DNA of 63,489 bases, the filler included, from Anaerolineae bacterium (GTDB taxonomy: Bacteria > Chloroflexota > Anaerolineae > Epilineales > Epilineaceae): the NCBI GenBank assembly GCA_029262755.1. It is 3 parts of 3 records of this genome, joined end to end, with 100 filler letters (N's around TTAATTAATTAA, not from the genome) between each part and the next. Parts side by side here need not be neighbours in the genome. Positions count along the whole stretch, not along the records: positions 1 to 29,318 come from JAJCYU010000380.1; 2 more parts are not named here. One strand, given 5' to 3'. The notes beneath the pieces are model-generated. The model was given only the letters and a program-made list of their open reading frames with translations. It had not been told where the DNA came from and did not search any database. The translations under genes and the position numbers were made by a program. The number at the start of each line of letters is the position of its first letter. Within the stretch, counting starts at the first letter, position 1. Positions 19,513-28,996 of this stretch are shown piece by piece.

Positions 19513-20358
19513 ATGAACCTTCGTAATACCGCCATCTGGCTCGTCGTGTTTGCTGCTCTGGGCATCTTCGCCTGGACCTTGCGCGACAGCGATCCCAAGC
19601 AGGTCGGCCCCGATGCACCCACGCCGGAAGCAGGTGCCCTCTTCGATTTCGACGCGAGCGCCGTATCGGCCGTTTCGGTCAGCGGTGACGGGCTCTCGTA
19701 CGAGCTGACCCGCGATGACGCCGACGACTGGTTCGTCGATGGTCGTCCGGCGAGCGATTCGGTGAACAGCACGATCGCCGGCGCCGCCGATCCGAGCGTG
19801 CTGCGCGTCTTGCCGGCAGACCGCGACCCTGACGACTACGGCTTCGCGAGCCCGTGGCTTACGGTGACCTTCACCGTGAGCGACACGGAGCGCGTGCTCT
19901 TCGTGGGCGACCCCGTGCCGACCAGCAGCAGCGACCGCTACGTACGCGAAGGCGCGGACGGCGCAATCCATACGGTGAGCGCCTTCGACCTGGAGCGGCT
20001 GCAGGAGTGGCTAAGCGCGCCGCCCGATGCCCCGACCGCGACGCCCGAGGCCAGCGCGACGCCTGAGGAATCCGAGGAAGCAGATGCAGATGCAGACGCA
20101 GATGCGGATGCCGATGCCGATGCGGACGACGACGGATCTGACACCGGTGATGCAGCGGAGACCGGTGAAGAGGACGCGGACGCGGACGCGGACGCCGAGG
20201 AGGAGGATGCAGACGCGGCCGACCCGGATGCTGTCGATCCGGACGCGGACGCCGACGAAGATGCCGCCCTCCCCGGCGACGCGGATGCGGAATCCACGGC
20301 CACGGCGACCGTGACACCCACGGCCACGCCGGAAGGCGGGGAAGGGGACGACGGCTAG
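19513..20358 (+). CDS. DUF4340-like membrane-anchored protein with a long acidic (DA)n tail
   Basis: Usual fourth gene of GldA/F/G cassettes; N-terminal TM, DYGF..P, VG...P.....YVR; about 100-aa Asp/Ala/Glu-rich C-terminus. Confidence 0.7.
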   Translation: MNLRNTAIWLVVFAALGIFAWTLRDSDPKQVGPDAPTPEAGALFDFDASAVSAVSVSGDGLSYELTRDDADDWFVDGRPASDSVNSTIAGAADPSVLRVLPADRDPDDYGFASPWLTVTFTVSDTERVLFVGDPVPTSSSDRYVREGADGAIHTVSAFDLERLQEWLSAPPDAPTATPEASATPEESEEADADADADADADADADDDGSDTGDAAETGEEDADADADAEEEDADAADPDAVDPDADADEDAALPGDADAESTATATVTPTATPEGGEGDDG

Positions 20359-20604
20359 CGCAGGCTGGGCCCGGCAAGTAGCAAGGCCGGATCAAGCTCT
20401 CGTGCGCCGACAAGGCGTAAGGGAAACAGGCAACGAACTGTGGCAGCGGGGGTCGGACGCAATCGCGTTCGGCCCCCGTCGCGGTCGTGAAGTGACTGCG
20501 GAATCGACCGCAGGGTAAGGGCATAGCGGTTGACCTTCCCCCAGGCGAGGTCTTATCGTAGCGGGCCGATCCGCCCGGGCCGTCGAGCCCCAGGGAGCCC
20601 TGGA

Positions 20605-21573
20605 ATGTCGAACATCAACGGTAGCGCCACCCGCCTTCCCGCCGTCTCGCAGCACCTTGCGGCCATTCGCGGCTTGCCGGGAGCGCTCGGTCTCGCCGCA
20701 CTGCTCGCGCTCACGTCGGGCTGCAACGCGGATCCGCCCACGGTCACGCCGCCGGTGCCGACCATGGACCCTGGCGCGCGGGCCACCGCGCCGGTGGGTG
20801 CCAGCGAGTGGACCGTGGAGTCGATCAACACCAAGCTCGGCATCGGCTTCGAGCGTGTCGCGTTCCGGATGGAGGACGACGCGGGCCAGCCGGTGCGCGA
20901 GGGCACGGTCGATGTGATCTTCTATCGCGTCTTGCAGAGCGGCCTTACGCAACGCGTGGCCAGCGGGCAGGCGTTGTACTTCGGCCCGAACATGCCGGGC
21001 GGCGGTGTTTGGGTGGCCTACACGGAGTTCGACAGCTCGGGCAGCTGGCTCATGGACGTGAACACGCGCACGGGCGATGGACGCACGGGTACCGCGAACG
21101 CGCGCCTCATCGTCACCGGGCGCGACGGCATGCCGATGTACGGCGCGGCAGCACCCGAGGTGGACACGCCTTCCCTGGCGGACGGCCTTTCCCTCGAGCA
21201 GCTGAGCACCGATAACAGCCCGCTCGAATCCCTCTACGATCTGAGCGTGAACGACGCCATCGGGCAGGGTAAGGTCTCCGTCGTGCACTTCGGCTCGCCC
21301 GCACACTGCAGCGATGACGCGTGCCGCGCTGCCATGAACGAGATCCGCGCGATCGCCTCCCGCTACGGGGACCGCATCAACGTCGTGCACGTCGAGTCCC
21401 GCGACCTGGACAATCCGAGCGAAATGTCGGCCGCAGCCAAAGCATGGGAACTACCCAGCGAGCCGTGGACCTTCTTGTTCGACGCGTCCGGATTCCTCAA
21501 CATCCGCCTCGAAGGAGCGGTCGGCAACGACGAGCTCGGCCTGCTGATCGATCGCGTTCTCACCGCGCGATGA
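20605..21573 (+). CDS. Lipoprotein with a C-terminal thioredoxin-like domain
   Basis: Lipobox LTSGC; VVHFGSPAHCSDDAC; INVVHVE; WELPSEPWTFLFD (cis-Pro region of the Trx fold). Confidence 0.65.
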   Translation: MSNINGSATRLPAVSQHLAAIRGLPGALGLAALLALTSGCNADPPTVTPPVPTMDPGARATAPVGASEWTVESINTKLGIGFERVAFRMEDDAGQPVREGTVDVIFYRVLQSGLTQRVASGQALYFGPNMPGGGVWVAYTEFDSSGSWLMDVNTRTGDGRTGTANARLIVTGRDGMPMYGAAAPEVDTPSLADGLSLEQLSTDNSPLESLYDLSVNDAIGQGKVSVVHFGSPAHCSDDACRAAMNEIRAIASRYGDRINVVHVESRDLDNPSEMSAAAKAWELPSEPWTFLFDASGFLNIRLEGAVGNDELGLLIDRVLTAR

Positions 21574-22229
21574 GCTTCGGCGATGTGCTCGAGCCCCTCG
21601 CCGCGGCGCTTCGCTTTGCCGGCGGGCGGCCCGGAGACGTACTCGCGGCGCTTGGCCGTCACCTGACGTTGGCCGGCGCGGCCCTCGCGATCGCCCTCCT
21701 TCTCGGCGTGCCGCTCGGCCTGCTCGCCGCGCGCCGCTACGCGCTCGCCGAGCGGCTCGTGGCGCTGGCGGCGGCGCTGCGAGTCGTGCCCAGCCTCGCG
21801 ATCCTCTTCGTCGCGGTTCCGTTCTTGGGGATCGGCTTCGGCCCGGCCCTGCTCGCGCTCACCGTGTTGGCCGCCCCGCCCGTGCTGCTTGCGACGGTGG
21901 CGGGTCTGCGCGGGATCGACGCCCAAGTCATCGGCGCCGCACAGGGCATGGGCATGTCCCCCATGCAGGTGCTACGCCGCGTCGAGCTGCCCTTGGCCGC
22001 GCCCGTCCTGGCCAGCGGGGTGCGCACCGCGAGCGTCGAGGTCATCGCCAGCGCCACGCTGGCGGCGTTTATCGGCGCAGGCGGTCTCGGTGACTTCATC
22101 ACCCTGGGCTTTCAAATGAACCGACCGGAGATCATGCTCGTAGGCGCCGTGCCGGTTGCCGGTCTGGCAATCCTCTCCGAATCGTCCTTCGGGCTCTTGG
22201 ATCGACGCCTCGCCCGTTGGCGCGCTTGA
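21570..22229 (+). CDS. Osmoprotectant (glycine betaine/choline) ABC permease
   Basis: VPSLA, EAA-like loop GAAQGMGMS...LRRVELPLA, IGAGGLGDFI. ATGA overlap with the upstream lipoprotein. Confidence 0.9.
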   Translation: MSFGDVLEPLAAALRFAGGRPGDVLAALGRHLTLAGAALAIALLLGVPLGLLAARRYALAERLVALAAALRVVPSLAILFVAVPFLGIGFGPALLALTVLAAPPVLLATVAGLRGIDAQVIGAAQGMGMSPMQVLRRVELPLAAPVLASGVRTASVEVIASATLAAFIGAGGLGDFITLGFQMNRPEIMLVGAVPVAGLAILSESSFGLLDRRLARWRA

Positions 22230-22328
22230 TCCGCTGCGGTCGCGGTTGATCGACCCTATATCCTCCCGACTGACTTCCCGACCGATAGCTGCACTTCCTC
22301 GTCCCCACTTCCCTCTTCGCGAAGACCC

Positions 22329-23477
22329 ATGGCGGCCCCTTCGCAAACCCACAGGAGCGACCCCATGGTCCCCGCCCCCCAAGCCAGCCTGAATTCCCCC
22401 CTCCGGCCCGACGTCCGGCACGGCATTCCCGCGATCCTACGCATGATGGCCGGCCTGTTGCTGTGCACGGCGCTGGTTGCCTGCGGCCCCGCGGCCGACG
22501 CGCCCGCGGAGGACGCCGGTGCTGTCGATGACGCGTCCACGATTTTCGAGGAAGGGATGGCGGGGGACGGCGATGACGCGGCGGGCGATGCAGACGCCGC
22601 CGTGGACGCCGCCGTGGACGCCGACGAAAACTCCAACGTCGGCCACGATGCTTCCGACCCCATCATCGTCGGCTCGAAGAACTTCACCGAGGCCTTCATC
22701 CTCGGCGAGATGTACGCACTGGCCTTGGAAGCGGCCGGCATGACCGTCGAGCGCAAGTTCAACCTCGGCGGCACGCCGATCGCGCACGAGGCCCTCTTGG
22801 ACGGTGACATCGACCTCTATCCGGAGTACACGAGCACGGGCCTGCTCACGGTGCTCAAGGCGGATCCGATCCAGGATCGGGACGCGGTCTACGCGGCCGT
22901 GCGCGATGGCTACGCGAGCCAGTTCGACCTGACGTGGTTGGACCCCGCGCCGTTCAACAACCCGCAGGCCCTGGCAACCACCGCGGAGGTCTCCGCGGAG
23001 CACGGCTTCACGACCTACAGCGAGCTCTCGGAGATCGCGTCGCAGCTGGTCATCGGCGGTCCGCCCGAGTTCTTCGAGCGCGAGGATGGGATGCCGGGCC
23101 TACGCGGTGCCTACGGCGGCTTTATCTTCAAGGAGAACCGGCAGCTTGACAGCGGCCTACGCTACCCGGCCTTGCTCGAAGGCGATGTGGACGTGGTGCT
23201 GGCCTTCGGCACGGACGGCCAGATCAGCGGCTACGACCTGGTGCTGCTCGAAGACGACCAGGCCTTCTTCACGCCGTATCAGGCCGCGCCGGTGGTGCGG
23301 GCCGACATGTTGGCCGCCGAGCCGCGGGTGGCCGCGGTGCTCAACCAGATCCAGCCGACGTTGACCAACGCGGTCATGCAGGCGCTGAACTGGGCCGTGG
23401 ACGGCGAGGGCGAGGAGCCGATCGACGTCGCGCGCGCCCACCTGGCCGAGCATGATCTACTCGAGGTGTCCCCGTAG
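22329..23477 (+). CDS. Osmoprotectant ABC substrate-binding lipoprotein (OpuAC/OsmF family)
   Basis: Lipobox LVAC, IVGSKNFTE, DLYPEYTSTG, EFFEREDG, LEDD..FF.PY. True start may be 22443. Confidence 0.92.
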   Translation: MAAPSQTHRSDPMVPAPQASLNSPLRPDVRHGIPAILRMMAGLLLCTALVACGPAADAPAEDAGAVDDASTIFEEGMAGDGDDAAGDADAAVDAAVDADENSNVGHDASDPIIVGSKNFTEAFILGEMYALALEAAGMTVERKFNLGGTPIAHEALLDGDIDLYPEYTSTGLLTVLKADPIQDRDAVYAAVRDGYASQFDLTWLDPAPFNNPQALATTAEVSAEHGFTTYSELSEIASQLVIGGPPEFFEREDGMPGLRGAYGGFIFKENRQLDSGLRYPALLEGDVDVVLAFGTDGQISGYDLVLLEDDQAFFTPYQAAPVVRADMLAAEPRVAAVLNQIQPTLTNAVMQALNWAVDGEGEEPIDVARAHLAEHDLLEVSP

Positions 23478-23482
23478 AGGAA

Positions 23483-24634
23483 GTGGGCTCGGTTCGTTTC
23501 GACGCGGTCACGGTCGCTTACGAGGATGAGCCGCTGCTGCCGGGCGAAACCACGCCCCGTCCAGCCGTCGATCAGGTAACGCTCGAGGCGAGCGCGGGAG
23601 AGCTTCTCGTGCTCCTCGGGCCATCCGGCTGCGGCAAGACGACCCTCTTGAAGACGGTCAACCGCCTCGTGGAGCCGACCGGCGGACGCGTCCTGCTGCG
23701 TGACGAGGACGTGCGCGACGTGCCGACCACGTACTTGCGCCGCCGGATCGGGTACGCGATTCAGGCCACAGGGCTCTTCCCCCACATGCGGGTGGCCGAG
23801 AACATCGCCGTCGTGCCGCGCCTCCTCGGTTGGCCGGTGGCCCGCGTCTCCGCGCGCGTGGCCGAGCTACTCGATCTGGTCGGCCTACCCTTCGAGTACG
23901 GCGCGCGTTGGCCGAAGCAGCTCTCGGGCGGCGAAGCCCAACGCGTCGGCATCGCACGCGCCCTCGCCGCCGATCCGGGTTATCTGTTGATGGACGAACC
24001 CTTCGGCGCGCTGGATGCGATCGCGCGCGGCCGCTTGCAGTCGGCACTCGTCTCCATTCAAACGCGTCTGCAGAAGACCATCCTCTTCGTCACGCACGAC
24101 GTCGACGAAGCCCTCCTCCTCGCAGATCGGATCGCGGTGATGCGCGACGGCCGACTCGTGCAGGTCGCGCGCCCCCTGGCGCTGCTCTCGCAGCCCGCGG
24201 ACGCGTTCGTCGCCGACCTTGTCGGCGCGCGCGACACGATGCGCCGGCTGCGGCTGATGTCCGTCGCCGACGCGCTGGCGGCAACGAGCGCGCGAGCGAC
24301 GTCCGTGGGCCGATCCGCGGCGGAGACGGCGGGTTGCACACCCGCCGTCGATGCGCCCGCGGCCTCGTCAACCGGTGCTTCCTCAGATGCGCCCCGCGCG
24401 TCAGGTGGTGCGAATCCCGGTGCAACACCCGACGCCGTCGCCGATGCAATCCTCGACCCAGCACCCGACGTCCTCCATACCACGACCGATCTCGGCGTCG
24501 CGCTCTCGCGGCTGCTCGAGTCCCACGCCGGCGCGCTGCCGGTCGCGGGGTCCGACGTACATCTCTCGCTGGACGATCTTCGCGGGGCGGTGCAACGCTC
24601 CCGTCGGTCGTCCGATACAACGGCGATGGTCTAG
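23483..24634 (+). CDS. Osmoprotectant ABC ATP-binding protein
   Basis: GPSGCGKTT, LSGGEAQRVG, LMDEPFGALD, FVTHD; degenerate CBS-like tail interrupted by an Ala/Pro-rich insert. Confidence 0.92.
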   Translation: MGSVRFDAVTVAYEDEPLLPGETTPRPAVDQVTLEASAGELLVLLGPSGCGKTTLLKTVNRLVEPTGGRVLLRDEDVRDVPTTYLRRRIGYAIQATGLFPHMRVAENIAVVPRLLGWPVARVSARVAELLDLVGLPFEYGARWPKQLSGGEAQRVGIARALAADPGYLLMDEPFGALDAIARGRLQSALVSIQTRLQKTILFVTHDVDEALLLADRIAVMRDGRLVQVARPLALLSQPADAFVADLVGARDTMRRLRLMSVADALAATSARATSVGRSAAETAGCTPAVDAPAASSTGASSDAPRASGGANPGATPDAVADAILDPAPDVLHTTTDLGVALSRLLESHAGALPVAGSDVHLSLDDLRGAVQRSRRSSDTTAMV

Positions 24635-24642
24635 CCCGCTCC

Positions 24643-25296
24643 ATGCCGCCGACCCGTCCGCCCGTCTGGCGATGGCTGTTCGATCATCCGGATCAGGTGC
24701 TCGCCCTCACCGGCGAGCACGTGCGCCTCTCGCTCATCGCGCTTACGATCGCCGTGGCGCTCGCGGTGCCCATCGGGCTGCTCGTGGCGCGTCGCCCGCG
24801 TTTCGACCTGCCGATCCTGGGCGGCCTCGGTATCGTGTACACCGTGCCGAGCCTGGCGATGTTCGTGTTGTTGTTTCCCTGGCTCGGCTTGGGGATGGAC
24901 AACGCGGTCTTCGCCCTGGTCGCCTACGCCCAGGTCATCCTCGTGCGTGCCGTGGTCACGGGGCTGCGCGGGGTGGATCCCGCGGTGTGCGAGGCGGCGC
25001 GCGGGATGGGGATGGGGCCGTGGCAGCGGCTGTGGCGTGTGGAGCTGCCGCTTGCCGCGCCCGTCATGCTCGCCGGTGCGCGTGTAGCAACGGTCTCCGT
25101 GTTGGCCATCGCAACGATCGCGGCCTACATCGACGCCGGCGGGCTCGGCGAGCTGCTCTTCACCGGCGTCGCGACGAACCATCACGGCAAGATCTTCGCG
25201 GGAACCGTGGCTGTGGCGGCGCTCTCGCTTACGGTCAACGCGGGGCTCGGCGCGCTGGAAGAACACACGCGGCGTCGCGCAACGGGAAGCACCTGA
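24643..25296 (+). CDS. Osmoprotectant ABC permease
   Basis: YTVPSLA, EAARGMGM...LWRVELPLA, IDAGGLG. The real start is the ATG at 24643 inside ORF 23830..25296. Confidence 0.9.
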   Translation: MPPTRPPVWRWLFDHPDQVLALTGEHVRLSLIALTIAVALAVPIGLLVARRPRFDLPILGGLGIVYTVPSLAMFVLLFPWLGLGMDNAVFALVAYAQVILVRAVVTGLRGVDPAVCEAARGMGMGPWQRLWRVELPLAAPVMLAGARVATVSVLAIATIAAYIDAGGLGELLFTGVATNHHGKIFAGTVAVAALSLTVNAGLGALEEHTRRRATGST

Positions 25297-25507
25297 GCCG
25301 AGCCGGTCGCCTCGATCCCCGCAGTACCGAGACGCGGCGACCCCCGCGCCGGGCCGCGCCGGCGGTAGCGCCTCGGTCACGCTCGCGGCGGCGCCGACGT
25401 ATTCCAACGTGTGCGGGCGACCCGCTGTATGCAATGTGTTGAGGCGACCCTTCGTGCGCGAGCACGCCCTTCCGCGCTATCGTGACGCGTCGCGGAGCGA
25501 GCCGAAC

Positions 25508-25544
25508 GCAGGACGGCGTCCACATCAGCAGGACGGCGTCCACA
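25508..25544. repeat. Tandem 17-bp direct repeat, each copy containing the palindrome GGACG-N-CGTCC
   Basis: GCAGGACGGCGTCCACA at 25508-25524 and 25528-25544 (20-bp period). Confidence 0.75.
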
Positions 25545-25686
25545 GAATCGGTCACGAAATCTACCGCCAGATCCACCCTACGATCCGCTGCAAGATCGGC
25601 CCGTCACAACCATCCCGTGGCCTCATACACCAACTACCCAGGAGTAGCGGCCCGTCCGGCTGCACTCCCGATTGCCGGAGATAACC

Positions 25687-27318
25687 ATGAACCTCGGCCC
25701 TCGTTCCTTTGCATCGCGCCTCGTCGTCGGCTTCGCCGCGGGCATCGCGCTCGGGCTGGCAAGCTCGCCGAACGGCCCCGTCCGTGCGTGCTCGTGTCTG
25801 CCTCCGCCACCGCCTGCCGAGGCCCTGTTCGAGGCCGATGTCGTCTTTCGCGGCACGGTGACGCAGCTGCAGCGCGTGCCGGACAACCGGGCGCCGCTAC
25901 CCGGATTTCGAACGATCGAGGCCACCTTGACGGTTGCCACGACCTGGAAGGGCGAGGCCGCGACGGAACGCAAGGTGTACACCAGCGGGGACAGCGCCTC
26001 GTGCGGCTACCCCTTCCGACTCGGTGATGACGTGATCGTGTACGGCGATCTCGACACGGATACACCCGAGCCGCGCGGCCTGCTCAGCACCTACTTGTGC
26101 TCCCGCACCCGCGCCTTCGCACCGGGCGAGGCCGCGGCGTTGGACGCGGCGATCCCATCGCCCACACCCGGCGCCGAGCCGACCCCAGGGCCTTCCCCCA
26201 CGGCGCCGGCGCCGACCCCCGCACCGACCCGCCCGCCGTGCCCCGCCTGCCCGGCGCCGATGCCCGACCAAGCCGCGGTGGCGCGCTACGATGCGGTGTT
26301 CCACGGCCAAGTCCGCTCGGCGACGGCCCTGGGGGCCGCCGACGACTGGGCCTACCGCGTACGCTTCGATGTGGTCGATGTCTGGAAGGGCGATGTCCAT
26401 GCCGTCGAAACCGTGACCGTCCTAGCCGTGGCGTGGTTCTGCGGCCAAGGGTTCGAGCGTCTCGGCGAATCCTGGCTGGTCTTCGCGCTCGACGAGCTCG
26501 AATCCCAAAACGCTCGCTTCCGCATCGACATCTGCAGCCCCACGATGGGCTTCTCGCCCGATATCGCGAGCCAGATGGGCCCGTCCTGTGCCCCGCCGCG
26601 TGTCGAGCTCTCTGCCGAACGCACGCAGCTTTCCGTCGGCGAGACGACCTTCGTCGAGCTCGCCCACTTCGACATGGCGCCGATGACGGTTACGTTGATC
26701 GCGGACCCGCCCGGCATCGTCGAGGTCGGCGCGTGCTTCGTGCCGGAGGACGAACGCCAATGCCGTCGCTTGCCGGTGCGCGCGCTCGCCGAAGGCGCCG
26801 TGACCATCGACGTGCTCGCCCTAGGCGATCGCTGCCGCTGCGTGGATGGTCGCTGCGGCCAGGATGCGGGCAGCGCGTCGGCGCCGAACCCGCTGCGCCT
26901 CGACATCTTCGGCGCTAACGGTCCGGGCACCGCGACGAGCGCACCGCCGGCGACCGCAACCCGCCCGCCTGGGACGCCGGAGCCGACAGCCGAGCCGTTC
27001 ACGGTGCGGGGCCGCGTTCTCGATGCCGTGACCCGACGCAACGTCGAGGGGGCGACGGCCATCGTAACCGTGCTCCCAGGGACGTGCGAAGGGCCCATGG
27101 TTACGCTGCGGGACGGCTTCTTCAGCCGCAATTGTCAAACCACGCTGCCCGCAAGTCTGGAGATCACGATCGCGGCGGACAATTACGAGGATTGGAGCCG
27201 CCGATTCGCGATCCCTGTCGGCGGCCGGTGGGACCGGATGCTCGAGGTGTCGCTCACGCCGCTCGACCGCGGCGACGGTCCGATCTATCTTCCCCTAACG
27301 ATGCGCGACGCCCGTTAG
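25687..27318 (+). CDS. Secreted Cys-rich protein with two TIMP/NTR-like domains, PT linkers, an Ig-like region and a C-terminal IYLP tail
   Basis: Signal-peptide-like N-terminus ending VRA|CSC; ADVVFRGTV...WKG...T......CGYPF..G...VY......CSRT, repeated as YDAVFHGQV...VWKG...CG..F......LVFA...CSPT; ends IYLPLTMRDAR. Confidence 0.75.
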   Translation: MNLGPRSFASRLVVGFAAGIALGLASSPNGPVRACSCLPPPPPAEALFEADVVFRGTVTQLQRVPDNRAPLPGFRTIEATLTVATTWKGEAATERKVYTSGDSASCGYPFRLGDDVIVYGDLDTDTPEPRGLLSTYLCSRTRAFAPGEAAALDAAIPSPTPGAEPTPGPSPTAPAPTPAPTRPPCPACPAPMPDQAAVARYDAVFHGQVRSATALGAADDWAYRVRFDVVDVWKGDVHAVETVTVLAVAWFCGQGFERLGESWLVFALDELESQNARFRIDICSPTMGFSPDIASQMGPSCAPPRVELSAERTQLSVGETTFVELAHFDMAPMTVTLIADPPGIVEVGACFVPEDERQCRRLPVRALAEGAVTIDVLALGDRCRCVDGRCGQDAGSASAPNPLRLDIFGANGPGTATSAPPATATRPPGTPEPTAEPFTVRGRVLDAVTRRNVEGATAIVTVLPGTCEGPMVTLRDGFFSRNCQTTLPASLEITIAADNYEDWSRRFAIPVGGRWDRMLEVSLTPLDRGDGPIYLPLTMRDAR

Positions 27319-27327
27319 GAGCCACCG

Positions 27328-27999
27328 GTGACCTTCACGACCTTACTATTCCTCGGCCTGATCCTGCTTTTGGTCCTGGCGTTCTTCGCCGGAATCACGG
27401 GCCGCATGTCCACGCCGGGCACGATCGTGTCCGTCCTGGCGTTCCTCGGACTCGCCGCCGTGGCGCTGACCGCGGTCTTCGTGCCGGAACCCTATGAGAA
27501 CCTCGCCGACTTCGGCCTCAAGCAGGCCGGCGTACGCGACACCATTCGCGAAATCGACGACCAGTTCTTCTTGGACGATCTTGCGGCAAGCGGTGCCGGC
27601 CTCGCCGACCAGCTGCGCGAAGCCCTGCGCGGCGACGACCCGCTCTTGGATCGCTTGCGCGGCCTGTTGGGCGACGACGTGGTCGGTGATGAGAGCGTGG
27701 CCGAGGAGATCGTGGAAGAGGAGGCCGTCGACGAACGTGGTGTATTCGAGCGCCGTCTCTACCCGGCGCTGGTAGACGTCTTCGCGGGCGTGCTGCGCAT
27801 CGCGGCCTTGATCGCGGCCCTCTCCGGTCTCGTGGCCGCCGTCGCGCTGGCCGCGGCGAGCGGCGCCATGCGCCGCATTGCAGCCGGCAGCCAACGTCTG
27901 GAGCGCGCGGAGGCGCGGATCGCCTCGTTGGAAGCCGCGGCCCGCCTGGCGGGAACCATGGATCGCGGACCCGCAACGCCACCGGCGGACGGTTCCTAG
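27328..27999 (+). CDS. Hypothetical membrane protein
   Basis: AGGAG RBS before GTG; three hydrophobic helices and a C-terminal coiled-coil-like segment. Confidence 0.7.
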   Translation: MTFTTLLFLGLILLLVLAFFAGITGRMSTPGTIVSVLAFLGLAAVALTAVFVPEPYENLADFGLKQAGVRDTIREIDDQFFLDDLAASGAGLADQLREALRGDDPLLDRLRGLLGDDVVGDESVAEEIVEEEAVDERGVFERRLYPALVDVFAGVLRIAALIAALSGLVAAVALAAASGAMRRIAAGSQRLERAEARIASLEAAARLAGTMDRGPATPPADGS

Positions 28000-28168
28000 C
28001 ATCGTGGCGCGAAGCGAGCGGATTCCGGCGACCGCACCTGATGGACGCCGGCAGGACGATCGCTTCGATGTTGCACGACAGGATTGCTCGCTGTCCGCTC
28101 GCTTCGCGGGGACACGACGTCGTACCCGGCTACGGCGTGGTCGCGCCCGGCGCGCAGTTCGACGCTGC

Positions 28169-28732
28169 ATGCGCACCTACCGCGCACACACGCGGTCGGC
28201 ACGTATCGTGGCCGTACTCGCGACGTTCGCCGGGCTCGCCCTGACGCACGCACCCGTCGCCCACGCGACCTGCTTCATCGAATGCCGTGCCACGCTGCGC
28301 TATCAGGACTGTGAGCTCCCCGCCCTTCGCGGCCTGTGGCCGGCGGGCGTGCCCTTGACCTTCACCGCGACCTGCCAAACCTGTTGCTCTCCGCCCGGCG
28401 GTCCGCTGCATTGCGAAGACACGCTCGTCGACGAGCCCGAGACGACCCTGAGCCTACGGGTTGCGAACGGCCCCGTCCTCGACGCGCCCTTCGTGCCGTT
28501 GGTGCTGCGCTGCGAAAACGAACGGCTCCGCCGCTTCGACGGCCCGGACCTGGGCCCGGGCGACTACTGGCTGATGCACGAGCCCGCCTCGATCCTCGTG
28601 GAGTTCTCCGTACCGGAAGGGCCCACCCCGTCCCCGACGCCGACCGCAACCGTAACCCCCGGCCCCAGCCCGACGCCCACGATGGGCGCGGTCGTGTCAC
28701 GCGCCGTCCTGCCCCTGCTCATTCGACGCTAG
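28169..28732 (+). CDS. Small secreted Cys-rich protein with a PT linker and a C-terminal xxLP tail
   Basis: Signal peptide ending AHA|TCFIEC, several Cys, PTPSPTPTAT linker, ends RAVLPLLIRR. Confidence 0.7.
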   Translation: MRTYRAHTRSARIVAVLATFAGLALTHAPVAHATCFIECRATLRYQDCELPALRGLWPAGVPLTFTATCQTCCSPPGGPLHCEDTLVDEPETTLSLRVANGPVLDAPFVPLVLRCENERLRRFDGPDLGPGDYWLMHEPASILVEFSVPEGPTPSPTPTATVTPGPSPTPTMGAVVSRAVLPLLIRR

Positions 28733-28996
28733 CGCTCAAGCACTCGAGCGCGCGGGGGGGGCGTGGCCCTCAAAGCCGGCGATATGCGGAGCCGCGCGGC
28801 CTTGCGCAGACGAGCTAAGCCCGCTCTTGGGCGACGTCGAATACGTGACTCGCGCCTCCCCGTGCGCTGTGGTCGACCGTGCTCCCGGCGAGCGGCGCCG
28901 CACGACCACCGCATCCGCGTGAACCCCGCGACCGCGGATGCTCTATTCTTCTTCGCCCTACCGCCCCCCACCGCCCCAACGGAAGGCAGCGAGCCC

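Noticed and set aside
16114..20358. Calling the cassette a gliding-motility system
   Set aside because: No T9SS/gldK-N/spr genes are present, and GldA/F/G-like cassettes are widespread in non-gliding bacteria.
25508..25544. Mini-CRISPR array (also considered for 51229-51282)
   Set aside because: The repeats are too short, spacers are absent or 3 bp, and there are no cas genes. I saw no CRISPR array, tRNA or rRNA in the window.
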